Below are positions 1 to 9,358 of a stretch of DNA of 64,000 nt, in pieces. Positions within the stretch are counted from its first letter, which is position 1; the number at the start of each line of letters is the position of its first letter. This DNA comes from Obrimoposthia wandeli (Eukaryota): the NCBI GenBank assembly GCA_977020255.1, contig CDROCS010001089.1, positions 62,001-126,000 of the forward strand. The letters are read 5' to 3'. The position numbers and the translations under genes are program-made. Below the pieces are notes generated by a model. The model was not told where the DNA came from, did no database searches, and was given only the letters and a program-made list of their open reading frames with translations.

Positions 1-920
1 TTTTCCCAAATACAGCGCACTGACTCACTCAAACTCTTTATAATTAGTAATCTAGCAGCTTTATCCACACCTATTTGATCTTCAGCTTTTTCGATCAAAG
101 TTAAGCAAAAACTTAAATCATCAACGCTCAGTTCTATTTTTTCTTCAAAGCTAGCTCCGGACATCACTTTAAAGCCTTGCATCGCTTTAGCGTATTTTTT
201 CTTGAGCGTCTTATTGTGAATAATTAACTCATTGTCTAAGCGTTGCAACTGGCTATCTTCTGCCTGTAACAGTCTATCTGCTTTGCTATTGGTGAGAATA
301 ATTTTACCGTCGGGAGAGAGCAGCATCGAGGCATCTGGCTGCTGGTTTAGAAAGTAACCTAATCGACTTGGCTCCAACTGGGCTGCACGTACTTTTTGCC
401 CCAGCGCCCAGACTTCTTGCATCGTTTTTTGTAGTTTAGCAGTATAGCGAATAATTTTTCTTTTCAGCGCAGCATCAGATCCATCGAAATATAAATTCAT
501 GGCGATCCAGTTTGGATGAGATATACCTATATCTAGCACCACAGTATCATTAATTTGCTGCGGCTCTAGCCACTCCCAAAATGGGGTTGCCATGATTTCT
601 TCATATTTCACATACTTTGAGAGAGCGATGGGCTTATTGGGATGATACAGCCTTTCAAATTTGGTCCATGGGTCAAACTGAATATAGTGGGTAATATAGC
701 CGCCAATCTCTTCATCACTAAAGCCGTATAGCAGCGGGCTGCTCAGATCACTTTCAACATCATTTGGAATCACTAATTCTGCACTTGTTCTATCTCGCAG
801 TGTGATAATACCTTTTGTAGCACCTGTTATTTCACAAAACAGCTGCAGAACTTCTTGCCAAAGCTCTATATTTTCAATGGTTTTGTAAATTGCTTGCTGT
901 AAATTAGCTAAATCTTTCAT
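1..920 (-). CDS. Partial (runs off window start) GAF-like + PAS-fold protein, probably a LuxR-family HTH regulator; the HTH would lie outside the window
   Basis: Hand-translated open frame from ATG at 920 (MKDLANLQQAIYKTIENIELWQEVLQLFCEITGA...YIQFDPW...QQPDASMLLSPDGKIILTNSKADRLL...) stays open to base 1; AAGG RBS upstream. This N-terminal/PAS layout is typical of LuxR-type helix-turn-helix regulators. The C-terminal HTH is not visible. Confidence 0.6.
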   Translation of the reverse strand, partial: MKDLANLQQAIYKTIENIELWQEVLQLFCEITGATKGIITLRDRTSAELVIPNDVESDLSSPLLYGFSDEEIGGYITHYIQFDPWTKFERLYHPNKPIALSKYVKYEEIMATPFWEWLEPQQINDTVVLDIGISHPNWIAMNLYFDGSDAALKRKIIRYTAKLQKTMQEVWALGQKVRAAQLEPSRLGYFLNQQPDASMLLSPDGKIILTNSKADRLLQAEDSQLQRLDNELIIHNKTLKKKYAKAMQGFKVMSGASFEEKIELSVDDLSFCLTLIEKAEDQIGVDKAARLLIIKSLSESVRCIWE

Positions 921-981
921 AGACCTTCTTTGGAATTTGGTGAGAAGGATTAGTCATTAATCACTCCCACCTTAAAAACGA

Positions 982-1575
982 CTACCGCTGCACTATCATA
1001 GCCCCATAATCTTGACTTGCGCTATCTGGATAATAATCCGATATTTCCCAAAGTAGCTGAAAACCATTCTTTTGGTAAAGCCTTAACTCAGGGTCACGCG
1101 AGTATCCACCAAAACTTTGTTCTAGATATTGTTTTATATCTCCTTTGTTTTCTAGTTGCCAGCGATTAAAGCCTGGTAGCCTAGATCCTAAACATAAAAC
1201 ACTGCAGCGCTTACTTTTAATGAATATATCATAATAGTGTTGAATTATAGCAGCTCCAACCGAGTATTTTGCACCTTCCGGTAAAGCTGACATACTAACA
1301 CCGTAAGCAATACTCCCTCCATTAAGGTGCGTTAGCTTAATAGTGCCATTATCTGTTTGTGCCGCCCATGACTTATTCGAGATCTGATTGACCAATTGAG
1401 AGGAGGCGTAGCCTATTAACTTTCCCGTTTCTAATTCAGCGACAATACTCCCTTCAGGAAAAATATCCATTCGCTCACGAATCTGATTTAAAGTTGCCGC
1501 GCTATCTCCCCAGGCTGTTTTTTCTATTGCATTGACTATTTCAATATCTTGCTCTGTCATCGTTCTAATAATCAT
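982..1575 (-). CDS. GNAT-family N-acetyltransferase, resembling the GNAT domain of YhcX-type GNAT/nitrilase fusions but standalone
   Basis: IIRTMTEQDI start, FPEGSIVAE, GSRLPGF, DPELRLYQKNGF and YYPD.AS.DYGAMI motifs; GGGGTGA RBS. Confidence 0.75.
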   Translation of the reverse strand: MIIRTMTEQDIEIVNAIEKTAWGDSAATLNQIRERMDIFPEGSIVAELETGKLIGYASSQLVNQISNKSWAAQTDNGTIKLTHLNGGSIAYGVSMSALPEGAKYSVGAAIIQHYYDIFIKSKRCSVLCLGSRLPGFNRWQLENKGDIKQYLEQSFGGYSRDPELRLYQKNGFQLLWEISDYYPDSASQDYGAMIVQR

Positions 1576-1620
1576 AGTTCACCCCATTCAAGTTGAAGTG
1601 ACTACTTTGACTAAGAACCA

Positions 1621-1661
1621 CAATACAAGCATGTACCTAAAAGTGTATTGAAAGTGCATTA
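1621..1661. promoter_or_regulatory. Putative operator in the divergent GNAT/NACHT intergenic region
   Basis: Inverted repeat CAATACA(1621-1627)-N16-TGTATTG(1644-1650), overlapping an imperfect tandem 11-mer AAAGTGTATTG/AAAGTGCATTA (1640-1661). Confidence 0.35.
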
Positions 1662-1761
1662 ATTGTTTGGAGCAGCAGTATTACGAGTAGCGTTCAGTAT
1701 TCCAAGAGTAACCTTACAGTCGTTTAACCCTCCTCTATCACTTTAAATTACTGGAAACACT

Positions 1762-4700
1762 ATGGCCAAACAACCTAAAAAGCTCGGAATCATTCAATGC
1801 CCTCCACCTGAAAACCATCAACAAATGATGCCCAGCGAGCTGCTAAAGGCGTTAATGATTGCAGGAGATTGGGACGGAAACGGTCTTACCGAAGTTATTT
1901 CTAACGATACATCAAAGGGTATCAGCTTAGATGGTATTAAACGCTGGATGCACAATAACACTATTCCCAAAGGTGAAAATAGAGAAGCATTAAACAGAGT
2001 TATTTTTAACTATTGTAAAGATGCAGATAGCGTCGATCCTCAACAGTGGCAAAATGCACTTTATCAATCTTGGATTCGCTATAGTGCCTCAGTCAAAAAT
2101 CTCACTAAGACAATCTGTCAGCGCGTTCTAAATGATGCCCTATATACACATCTTCCAGCGCTATTTGTCGTCGATCCTCCTAGAAAAATCAGCACCGATT
2201 ACATAGAAATGCAGCTACTTTATGACGCTCCAACAGTCGACTGTAGTGCCGCTAAATTGCACTTGCCAATGTCATTACTCGACAAAAAAGGCAAACAATC
2301 CTGCCTAATATTAGGAGCACCTGGAAGCGGGAAATCCAGTTTATTACGTAGCATAGCACTTGATATAGCCAGCGATAACTGGAGATCGGCAAAAGTACCT
2401 CTGCTGGTCATTGCCAGTGAGTATCTGCAGGCAAAAAAAAACCAGCCACATTTAGATTTAATTACTTTTGCACTTCGAGATTTCTTTATATCTGAAGCAA
2501 CATCATCGAACACTGACCACCATATAAAGCAATCTGTCATGCAAGAAAAATTTATACTTCTCATCGATGGCATCGATGAAGTTGCCATAGATGTGCCCGC
2601 TGTGAATGCGTTATACACTGAACTGAGATCTTTAAGGAATAGTGTCAGTTGGATAGTGATGGCGCGTCCCACCGGTCTGATGGGTACGTTGTACGAATCT
2701 AACCGCTATTGGATTGCGCAACTGAGCAATTCGTCTATTGAAAGGTTCATAGACCTTTGGACAGCTAGGCACAATTTAAATAGTAATTTAAAATACCAGG
2801 TTCTTGGTTCACCCAACATGTTACAATTGGCTAAAAATCCTTTTCTTTTAACTTTATTATGCTCCGCGCACGAAAACATTATCAAAGGATTTATTGCTAA
2901 CACACCCATTGCTACTTTGGAGTATATTCTTGAAGGCATCAGAATTCATGCTCAAAAAAAAACGCTAAACAGAAAAGTACTCTCTTGGGATGTTATCGAA
3001 AAACTTCAGCAATTTTGTTATACTATGCAGCATAATGCGCAAAATACAGCACTGTTTTTTAGTGAACGAACGTGGTGGCAGTTCAGCCCGAATACTCAAT
3101 CAAACAAGCAATTAAACAACGACTCAGAAGATCTTTTTAAGCAAATTTTACCCGCTCGTCTAATCACTACCAGCAATCACTGCCTATACCACTATCACTT
3201 TTTAGATATTAGTATCCAGCAGCAAATAATTGCGCACTCCATGTTAACCCGTCCCATCACCGATATGTTACAAAAACGTTTTAGTGAGAAATGGCGCCCA
3301 GCCTTTATACTTTATGCTGCTCTACTACATTACCGAGGTCGTATAAACGCATTTCAGTTGATAGTAAACACATTGCACAATGAGTGGGAGATAAATCATA
3401 ATTCTACTATTTTGCTAGCCGATATTTTTGCAAGCTCAGGCATTAAGAATACCCAGCTCTGGATTAAAAATGATATTCGCAATTTACTATACGATCAACT
3501 GTGGACCGTAAACCAGACTTCTTGCACTGTTTTAGAAACGCTAGTGAGTCTTGATCACCAATGGCTAGAACAAAAATTTAATAATAATATAGAGAGCGAA
3601 ATACAAAATACTATCAATGAATGTTCATCACCTAATGCAGATAATAGAAACTATCGCTTGATGATGGCAGGCCAACACACACGATCAGCATATAAACAAT
3701 TAAGCACTGTAAATACCTTAACCAGCTATCGCCTTATTGCAGCTACTTTTTGGGGCAATAATACTGAGAAATCGCTGTTAGCAGCGGCAGCTTACGCTGA
3801 TATAATCACTCCCTCAGAAAGACATAGCATTATTGCTTTAAGTAAGAAAGAAAACTTGCCACTGATAACCTCCAGTAAAATACTTGCCTTTGTCTCGGCA
3901 AAGCCCTGTTTAGAATTCATTCCCTTTCTACAAACATTCTGCAATTATTTGGTTAGTCAAAGCGCGGCTCTTTTTAAACTAATTTGTGATGTTTTAGCTG
4001 ATCTTGACAAACCAGCTGTAGTACCTGTTTTTGAACACTTACTTATTCACCAGTCTAAAACATTAGGCGCTGATCCAACTGCTTTTGACACATTATTATC
4101 TGCCATAGAGACACTCTCTTTCGAGCATATTCAGCGGTTACTCACTGAAAAGAACATCAAGCCTTATATTACTGACTGGCGACAGAGAATTACCAGTATA
4201 GTGTTGATAATCAGGTATAACGAAGCGGCTATTAGCAAAGCGATTACAGAAAGTGATAACCTGCAATACTTAATCGCAGCCATTGCGCTAGCGGCTAAAA
4301 AAAAACATCACTTTAGCGAACAGCTAATGTTATTGATTGTGCAAAAATTATCCGATAAAACTAACGAACTCTCTTTCAATCTGATAAATGATTTAGCCAC
4401 TATCGAGTTAATACGTATAAAGGCAGATAAACCCACTAGTTTATCAACCGTGCTTTTTAAGCTCACACAGCATTTATGCTGCTTGCTCTCTCAACCTCTC
4501 TCTCAGTCTCATACACAGCGGCAGCTTCAACACTTTCTGTGTTTATTACGCAGTGCCCTTAAACCACTTATCTATTCTCGCTGGCACCCTTTACACAGGT
4601 TAATTTTGAATCGTCTCTTTAACTCTCAAGACACCGGTTTGCTAGAAGTAGTCATACATGCGACAGGCAAACTCTATACAAATAGTGCGGACAAATTAAT

Positions 4701-5256
4701 TTTAACTAAGCTAGAGGCTATTTTATTTAGTAATAAAATTAGCTTGCGCAGTGCCGCTACATTAGCTATTGGGCGTATCGACTTTGCAACACTGAATCGT
4801 TTACAAAGTGCGCAAAGCGCCAAGTGTGCATTAGCTTCACTCGCCGCACAGCGAGGCTACTTAGTATTCAAAAGATTTTGGGTCGATAAGAGGGGTAAGT
4901 GCACTAATTGGCAAAACCCACCTATTAATATCTTCTATGTTTACGATACAGCCGCGGAGACCGCAGGTATATTTGCCCATGAGATGAGTCGCTATGGTTT
5001 TTGCGTCAGTAACAAAATGTGTGAGTGCGAGTTTTTTTTATTATTCAGCCCCACATCAATTATTGCCAAACAACAAACGCAAGCAGCGCAGTCTAACTGT
5101 TATCAAAAAAAACTTACCCAGAATGTTTTTCATATACCTAAAGATATACCGAACTCGTTAGCTATTATTTTAGCCCAAGCGCTGGCACAAAGTTTACATG
5201 CAACCTTAACACCTAAACCCTCAAACAGCACTTTTAGTACACTTTTAATGCCCTGA
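1762..5256 (+). CDS. NACHT (STAND) NTPase, NLR-like: putative N-terminal HTH, NACHT, helical/HEAT repeats, C-terminal TIR-like alpha/beta domain
   Basis: Walker A GAPGSGKS (aa 185, nt 2314), NACHT Walker B FILLIDGIDE (aa 264), IVMARP sensor, NPFLLTLL motif, YHFLDISIQQ winged-helix-like motif, HEAT-like LRSAATLAIGRI. Confidence 0.85.
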   Translation: MAKQPKKLGIIQCPPPENHQQMMPSELLKALMIAGDWDGNGLTEVISNDTSKGISLDGIKRWMHNNTIPKGENREALNRVIFNYCKDADSVDPQQWQNALYQSWIRYSASVKNLTKTICQRVLNDALYTHLPALFVVDPPRKISTDYIEMQLLYDAPTVDCSAAKLHLPMSLLDKKGKQSCLILGAPGSGKSSLLRSIALDIASDNWRSAKVPLLVIASEYLQAKKNQPHLDLITFALRDFFISEATSSNTDHHIKQSVMQEKFILLIDGIDEVAIDVPAVNALYTELRSLRNSVSWIVMARPTGLMGTLYESNRYWIAQLSNSSIERFIDLWTARHNLNSNLKYQVLGSPNMLQLAKNPFLLTLLCSAHENIIKGFIANTPIATLEYILEGIRIHAQKKTLNRKVLSWDVIEKLQQFCYTMQHNAQNTALFFSERTWWQFSPNTQSNKQLNNDSEDLFKQILPARLITTSNHCLYHYHFLDISIQQQIIAHSMLTRPITDMLQKRFSEKWRPAFILYAALLHYRGRINAFQLIVNTLHNEWEINHNSTILLADIFASSGIKNTQLWIKNDIRNLLYDQLWTVNQTSCTVLETLVSLDHQWLEQKFNNNIESEIQNTINECSSPNADNRNYRLMMAGQHTRSAYKQLSTVNTLTSYRLIAATFWGNNTEKSLLAAAAYADIITPSERHSIIALSKKENLPLITSSKILAFVSAKPCLEFIPFLQTFCNYLVSQSAALFKLICDVLADLDKPAVVPVFEHLLIHQSKTLGADPTAFDTLLSAIETLSFEHIQRLLTEKNIKPYITDWRQRITSIVLIIRYNEAAISKAITESDNLQYLIAAIALAAKKKHHFSEQLMLLIVQKLSDKTNELSFNLINDLATIELIRIKADKPTSLSTVLFKLTQHLCCLLSQPLSQSHTQRQLQHFLCLLRSALKPLIYSRWHPLHRLILNRLFNSQDTGLLEVVIHATGKLYTNSADKLILTKLEAILFSNKISLRSAATLAIGRIDFATLNRLQSAQSAKCALASLAAQRGYLVFKRFWVDKRGKCTNWQNPPINIFYVYDTAAETAGIFAHEMSRYGFCVSNKMCECEFFLLFSPTSIIAKQQTQAAQSNCYQKKLTQNVFHIPKDIPNSLAIILAQALAQSLHATLTPKPSNSTFSTLLMP

Positions 5257-5308
5257 CAAACGACGGCTTACCCCTAATGATTAGCGCTTTAATCATTAGG
5301 CAATCATC

Positions 5309-6379
5309 ATGACTCTCTCTATTCAAGGCTATCCATTTGACTACACTACAAATAGCAAATTTTCACCGATATATAACCAACAGATTAAACAGCGCACGTT
5401 AATCATTCCCGGCGGTGGTTGTGTTTATTATAGAGCGAACAAGGGAGACGTTTGCCCGTTTTGTGCTTTCCCTCCCTTCTCTCGCTACGTTATAAAGGGA
5501 GATAATCACGATGACTATTTTGAATCTTGGGCGCTCACCGCTGACATTTACCAACAGATGTATCTTACTGCACTACAAGATACACAGCCATTCGATAAGC
5601 TAGCGGTATTTAATGGCGGCAGTTTTTTTCCCAGTTCTGAATTACCCAGTCAGTTCCAACACTTTGTCTATGAAGATGTCGCTAAAAGATCGAATATCAA
5701 ACAGTTAATGGTAGAAGCCTACCCCAGTTTTATTTCAGAAAAAAAATTGCAGCAAGCGCAAGAAATGCTTGCTGCCACTGATTTAATGGTCGGAATTGGT
5801 TTTGAAAGTTTGGATGAAACGGTGCGTAACCTATACCTTAAAAAACGCATCGACTTAGCACTATTTGAAAATAAAGTAAAAATGATGCAAAAATTAGGGG
5901 TTCAAGTATTTGTTTATGCTTTTTTAAAAGCGCCTCAATTATCGGAAAGACAGGCCTTAAATGAAACCTTAGCGACACTTGATTATCTACATCAGCTCGG
6001 AGTTGATGAGATAGCCCTCTCTTGTGCTTTTGTGCCACCAGGAACTCAGTTAGAAGCTCTATTTCACGCGGGGGACTTTCGCCCACCTTGGCTCTGGAGT
6101 ATTATCGAAATTATTGAAACGGCTCAAAAAAAGGGCTGGCCGCTCTCTGTTGGTGGTTTTGATGATACTCCCCCTCCTATTGCCACACCAAGTAACTGCG
6201 CTAAGTGCGACGCAAGTGTTTTACAAGCGATTGATGAGCACCGATTAAGCAACGCGTCTAAACACTTATCAGCAATCGATTGTGAATGTAAGCACACTTG
6301 GTTTTCTCAAGTAAACACTTCTAAAGTGCAATTTGAAAACCAAGCAGATATAAACTATCAACTAATATCAACCAGCTAA
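5309..6379 (+). CDS. Radical SAM enzyme of the RaSEA/TIGR01210 (archaeosine synthesis) type
   Basis: C38-x10-C49-x2-C52; VFNGGSFF, VEAYPSFI, VGIGFES, YAFLKAPQLSERQA, FRPPWLWSIIEI and terminal NCAKCD...CECK.W motifs, all parallel to RaSEA-family motifs as I recall them. Confidence 0.75.
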   Translation: MTLSIQGYPFDYTTNSKFSPIYNQQIKQRTLIIPGGGCVYYRANKGDVCPFCAFPPFSRYVIKGDNHDDYFESWALTADIYQQMYLTALQDTQPFDKLAVFNGGSFFPSSELPSQFQHFVYEDVAKRSNIKQLMVEAYPSFISEKKLQQAQEMLAATDLMVGIGFESLDETVRNLYLKKRIDLALFENKVKMMQKLGVQVFVYAFLKAPQLSERQALNETLATLDYLHQLGVDEIALSCAFVPPGTQLEALFHAGDFRPPWLWSIIEIIETAQKKGWPLSVGGFDDTPPPIATPSNCAKCDASVLQAIDEHRLSNASKHLSAIDCECKHTWFSQVNTSKVQFENQADINYQLISTS

Positions 6380-6400
6380 GAGGATTATCCCATTACTTGC

Positions 6401-6440
6401 AATTGGCACTGCTAAACGCGGTCATTTGACGGTGCCAATT
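6401..6440 (+). terminator. Stem-loop downstream of the radical SAM gene, possible end of the NACHT-rSAM transcript
   Basis: AATTGGCAC(6401-6409)...GTGCCAATT(6432-6440) with inner GTCA/TGAC; no clear poly-U tail. Confidence 0.35.
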
Positions 6441-7064
6441 AGCTCTCTTTAACGATGCTCTCATCTTATCAAACATAGCCATCACGCTTCGCGAAATAGA
6501 GTCGAACAAAAGTGGAACTGTTTGTCGCAGGGAATCGATTTTCTTCAATAGCAGCGACTGGACTCTCTATTTACAAATCGTTTTTACTCTTTGTACACTC
6601 CTTTAGTATCACTAGTTCCTCCTGAAAACAACAGCATTCAATGCTGTGATTTTTAAAAGCGAGTTACTGCTTCAATTTTTGCAAAACGGATCTTATTTTT
6701 ACCTTTCAATTGTCATTTTTTAAAAATAGTTCATTTTTACGTGCTTTTAGCGCAAAAAATGGCAAAAACCTATAACTAGTTGCAGTAGAAAAAACTCTAA
6801 ATCTCTGTTCCAATTAACATACGGATTGCAAGTAGCTTTCTACTGAATAAAAGAAGACGTCTTTAACATTGATCAACGCTCATTTTTGTTAAGATCAACA
6901 TAAATTATTCTTAAAGCTTGAGCGTTTCTAAATATTAGTAAGTAATATATTACCCATAAATAAGTATCTTGCGGCTATTTGGCACTTCCCGTTTAACTGA
7001 CAGAACGTGGCTAACTTAAGCAGATTCCTGACCATATAGGGATTGTTATTTTATCAACCAAACT

Positions 7065-7319
7065 ATGCAATGTGGCAGTATCATGACTAACTCCAAACAC
7101 AGCAAAGAAATATTTGAAGGTATAGATGTCTATCAACTTATCGAAGAGAAAAATCAGTTATTAACTTTCTTAGCAACTTGGAAAGAAAATAACCTCACCG
7201 ATCAACAAGCAGTAGATCAGCTAAAAGTATTAACGGCAAAAGCCACTGCGGCTCCTACCGCACAAGCGGCGCATAAATTGCAGATGGAACTCATATATTA
7301 TCCAGATAATATAATCTGA
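7065..7319 (+). CDS. Hypothetical small protein
   Basis: 84-aa ORF (alternative start MTNSKHS) in an otherwise empty region; no recognisable motif. Confidence 0.45.
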   Translation: MQCGSIMTNSKHSKEIFEGIDVYQLIEEKNQLLTFLATWKENNLTDQQAVDQLKVLTAKATAAPTAQAAHKLQMELIYYPDNII

Positions 7320-7363
7320 TCTAAGCAAAAAAGTAACTTGCAGCTTGATTGCTCAAATTAAAT

Positions 7364-9358
7364 TCAATCTGTCATTTTAAACTTATTAACATTTAGAGAG
7401 AGCCTTTGTGATAAGTGTGTCATTTGTTCCGACGTACCGCTGATTTTTACTATACTATTTTTATTTTCAATAGAGCGCTGCTGTATTGAACTTAGATTTA
7501 TATTGATCTCATGCACAACAGAGCTTTGCTGCTCTGTCGATACAGCGTTTTGGGTATTTAGATCATTCACTTTTTCAACTTGCTCAATGATCAAATTAAA
7601 TTGCTCTAATATATCTGCAACGCTTTCATTGGTACCATCTGCAGCTGTTTCACTTAAAACCATTGATTCCACTGCTTCTTTACTGCCTTTTTGTAAAGAT
7701 AAGATCATCTCTTCAATCTGTAATGTTGATTGTTGGGTTTTTTTCGCCAGTGTTCTAACTTCGTCGGCAACAACCGCAAAACCTCGTCCTTGATCCCCTG
7801 CTCTGGCCGCTTCAATCGCCGCATTTAGCGCCAGCAAGTTAGTTTGTTCTGCTATGCCTTTTATGACATCTAGAATAGCACTTATATCATTACTGTTAGC
7901 TTCAACAAGGCGAATGGTCTGCTGTGTGGAGTTCAAGTTATCTATCAATGAAGACATATTCGCGGTTGCAGCACTCAAACGCTGACTACCACTTTGCGCA
8001 GTTGAGTTAGCTTCATTTGACTTCACCGCTGCAGTTGAACAATTACTGGCAACTTCTTCAACCGTGGCACCCATTTCATGCATCGCGGCGGCGACTGAAT
8101 CCGTTTCTTGCTGACCTAACTCCACATCTTTTACCACTGCAGTAGATACACCGCTCAATGAACTAGCAGCTTCTTGCAATGAATCACTGGCATGCTGCAT
8201 ATCGCTAATTAAACCGCGAAAGTGATTTACAGTGTTGTTAAATAAAACAGTAAGTTTTCCTAAATCATCTTGGCTACGCGGCGTAATGGTAAAATCTAAA
8301 TTAGATTTTTCTCCTAGCTCAATCATCCCCTGTGACAGCTCTGTTAATTGCCTTGCAATCAAACGCTGTGTAAAAGTGCTTAATAAAACAGTTAACGTTA
8401 ATAGAATAAACGCACTGATTGATAACCAAGTGAAGCTAGTTATTTCTTCCTTTTCCTTTAGGTGCACGTAATTGGTCAGAGATTGCGCGATATAATCCTC
8501 TGCTTCTTTAAGTAAATTAATTCGTGCGGTTGATTGCTTAAACCAATAACTGGCATCGACATCAAACCCATCATTCTTTTGTGTCATTACACCACGAATA
8601 CGCAGCACTTCAGAAACGGCATTACCCGTCATTTTATTTTTAACATAGCGGATATTTTCAGCCGTTGAAAAATCGTTAAATAGTGAGATAAAACGATTTT
8701 GCTCGACAGCCAGAGAAATATATTTTACTTTCTGCTCCCCTGTTACCAAGTTTTTAGCTAATACGCCACTGATAACCGCTCTCTCGATTCCCGCACGCTC
8801 TTTGCCCTGCAAGAAATAGTAGTAGGCAGATACATATCTTGAAATATTTTTATTAGAAACAGCTTTGGCTAAATTAGCAGTCACCGATAACATGGCGCTA
8901 TTTTGCTTCGTATAATACCCAAGCGCTTCTTTACTTGTAATCGTCAAATTATCAATTGATCCACGAGTCCTGGATAAGTTATTTAAACTTTGGTTAATCC
9001 CGGATAAAACATTAATTAATTCCTTGGAGTTAACATTTTGCTTCCTTTTAGCAACGTTTTCTAAAAAAATTTCCTTTACTTCATCTGTAGCTTGGCGTTG
9101 CCTTTTTAGTTCACTAGAGAACTTGTTACCTTTGCTGTTTAAAAAGATGGCCGAAGCGCCCCTCTCTTTTTGCAACTCATGAACCAAAACACTTGAGGCA
9201 GCAGATAAACTTAACATTTCTTCTGCTGTTTTCATATTTTCAGTAGCCACCCAACTTTTAAAAAGAGTCGCTGCAATAAAACCAATTGCTAAAATTAAAG
9301 GGAATAAAACTATGAGTAAAAGTTTATACTTAATTGAAAGATCGTAAAAAATTTTCAT
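7364..9358 (-). CDS. Methyl-accepting chemotaxis protein with nitrate/nitrite-sensing (NIT) domain
   Basis: Two TM segments flank [12 protein letters not shown] and [12 protein letters not shown] motifs; HAMP; MCP signature [37 protein letters not shown]. Confidence 0.92.
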   Translation of the reverse strand: MKIFYDLSIKYKLLLIVLFPLILAIGFIAATLFKSWVATENMKTAEEMLSLSAASSVLVHELQKERGASAIFLNSKGNKFSSELKRQRQATDEVKEIFLENVAKRKQNVNSKELINVLSGINQSLNNLSRTRGSIDNLTITSKEALGYYTKQNSAMLSVTANLAKAVSNKNISRYVSAYYYFLQGKERAGIERAVISGVLAKNLVTGEQKVKYISLAVEQNRFISLFNDFSTAENIRYVKNKMTGNAVSEVLRIRGVMTQKNDGFDVDASYWFKQSTARINLLKEAEDYIAQSLTNYVHLKEKEEITSFTWLSISAFILLTLTVLLSTFTQRLIARQLTELSQGMIELGEKSNLDFTITPRSQDDLGKLTVLFNNTVNHFRGLISDMQHASDSLQEAASSLSGVSTAVVKDVELGQQETDSVAAAMHEMGATVEEVASNCSTAAVKSNEANSTAQSGSQRLSAATANMSSLIDNLNSTQQTIRLVEANSNDISAILDVIKGIAEQTNLLALNAAIEAARAGDQGRGFAVVADEVRTLAKKTQQSTLQIEEMILSLQKGSKEAVESMVLSETAADGTNESVADILEQFNLIIEQVEKVNDLNTQNAVSTEQQSSVVHEININLSSIQQRSIENKNSIVKISGTSEQMTHLSQRLSLNVNKFKMTD

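Noticed and set aside
6403-6418. Additional sigma54 promoters at TGGCAC motifs (6404, 6981, 34787)
   Set aside because: No GC at the -12 position with the required spacing.
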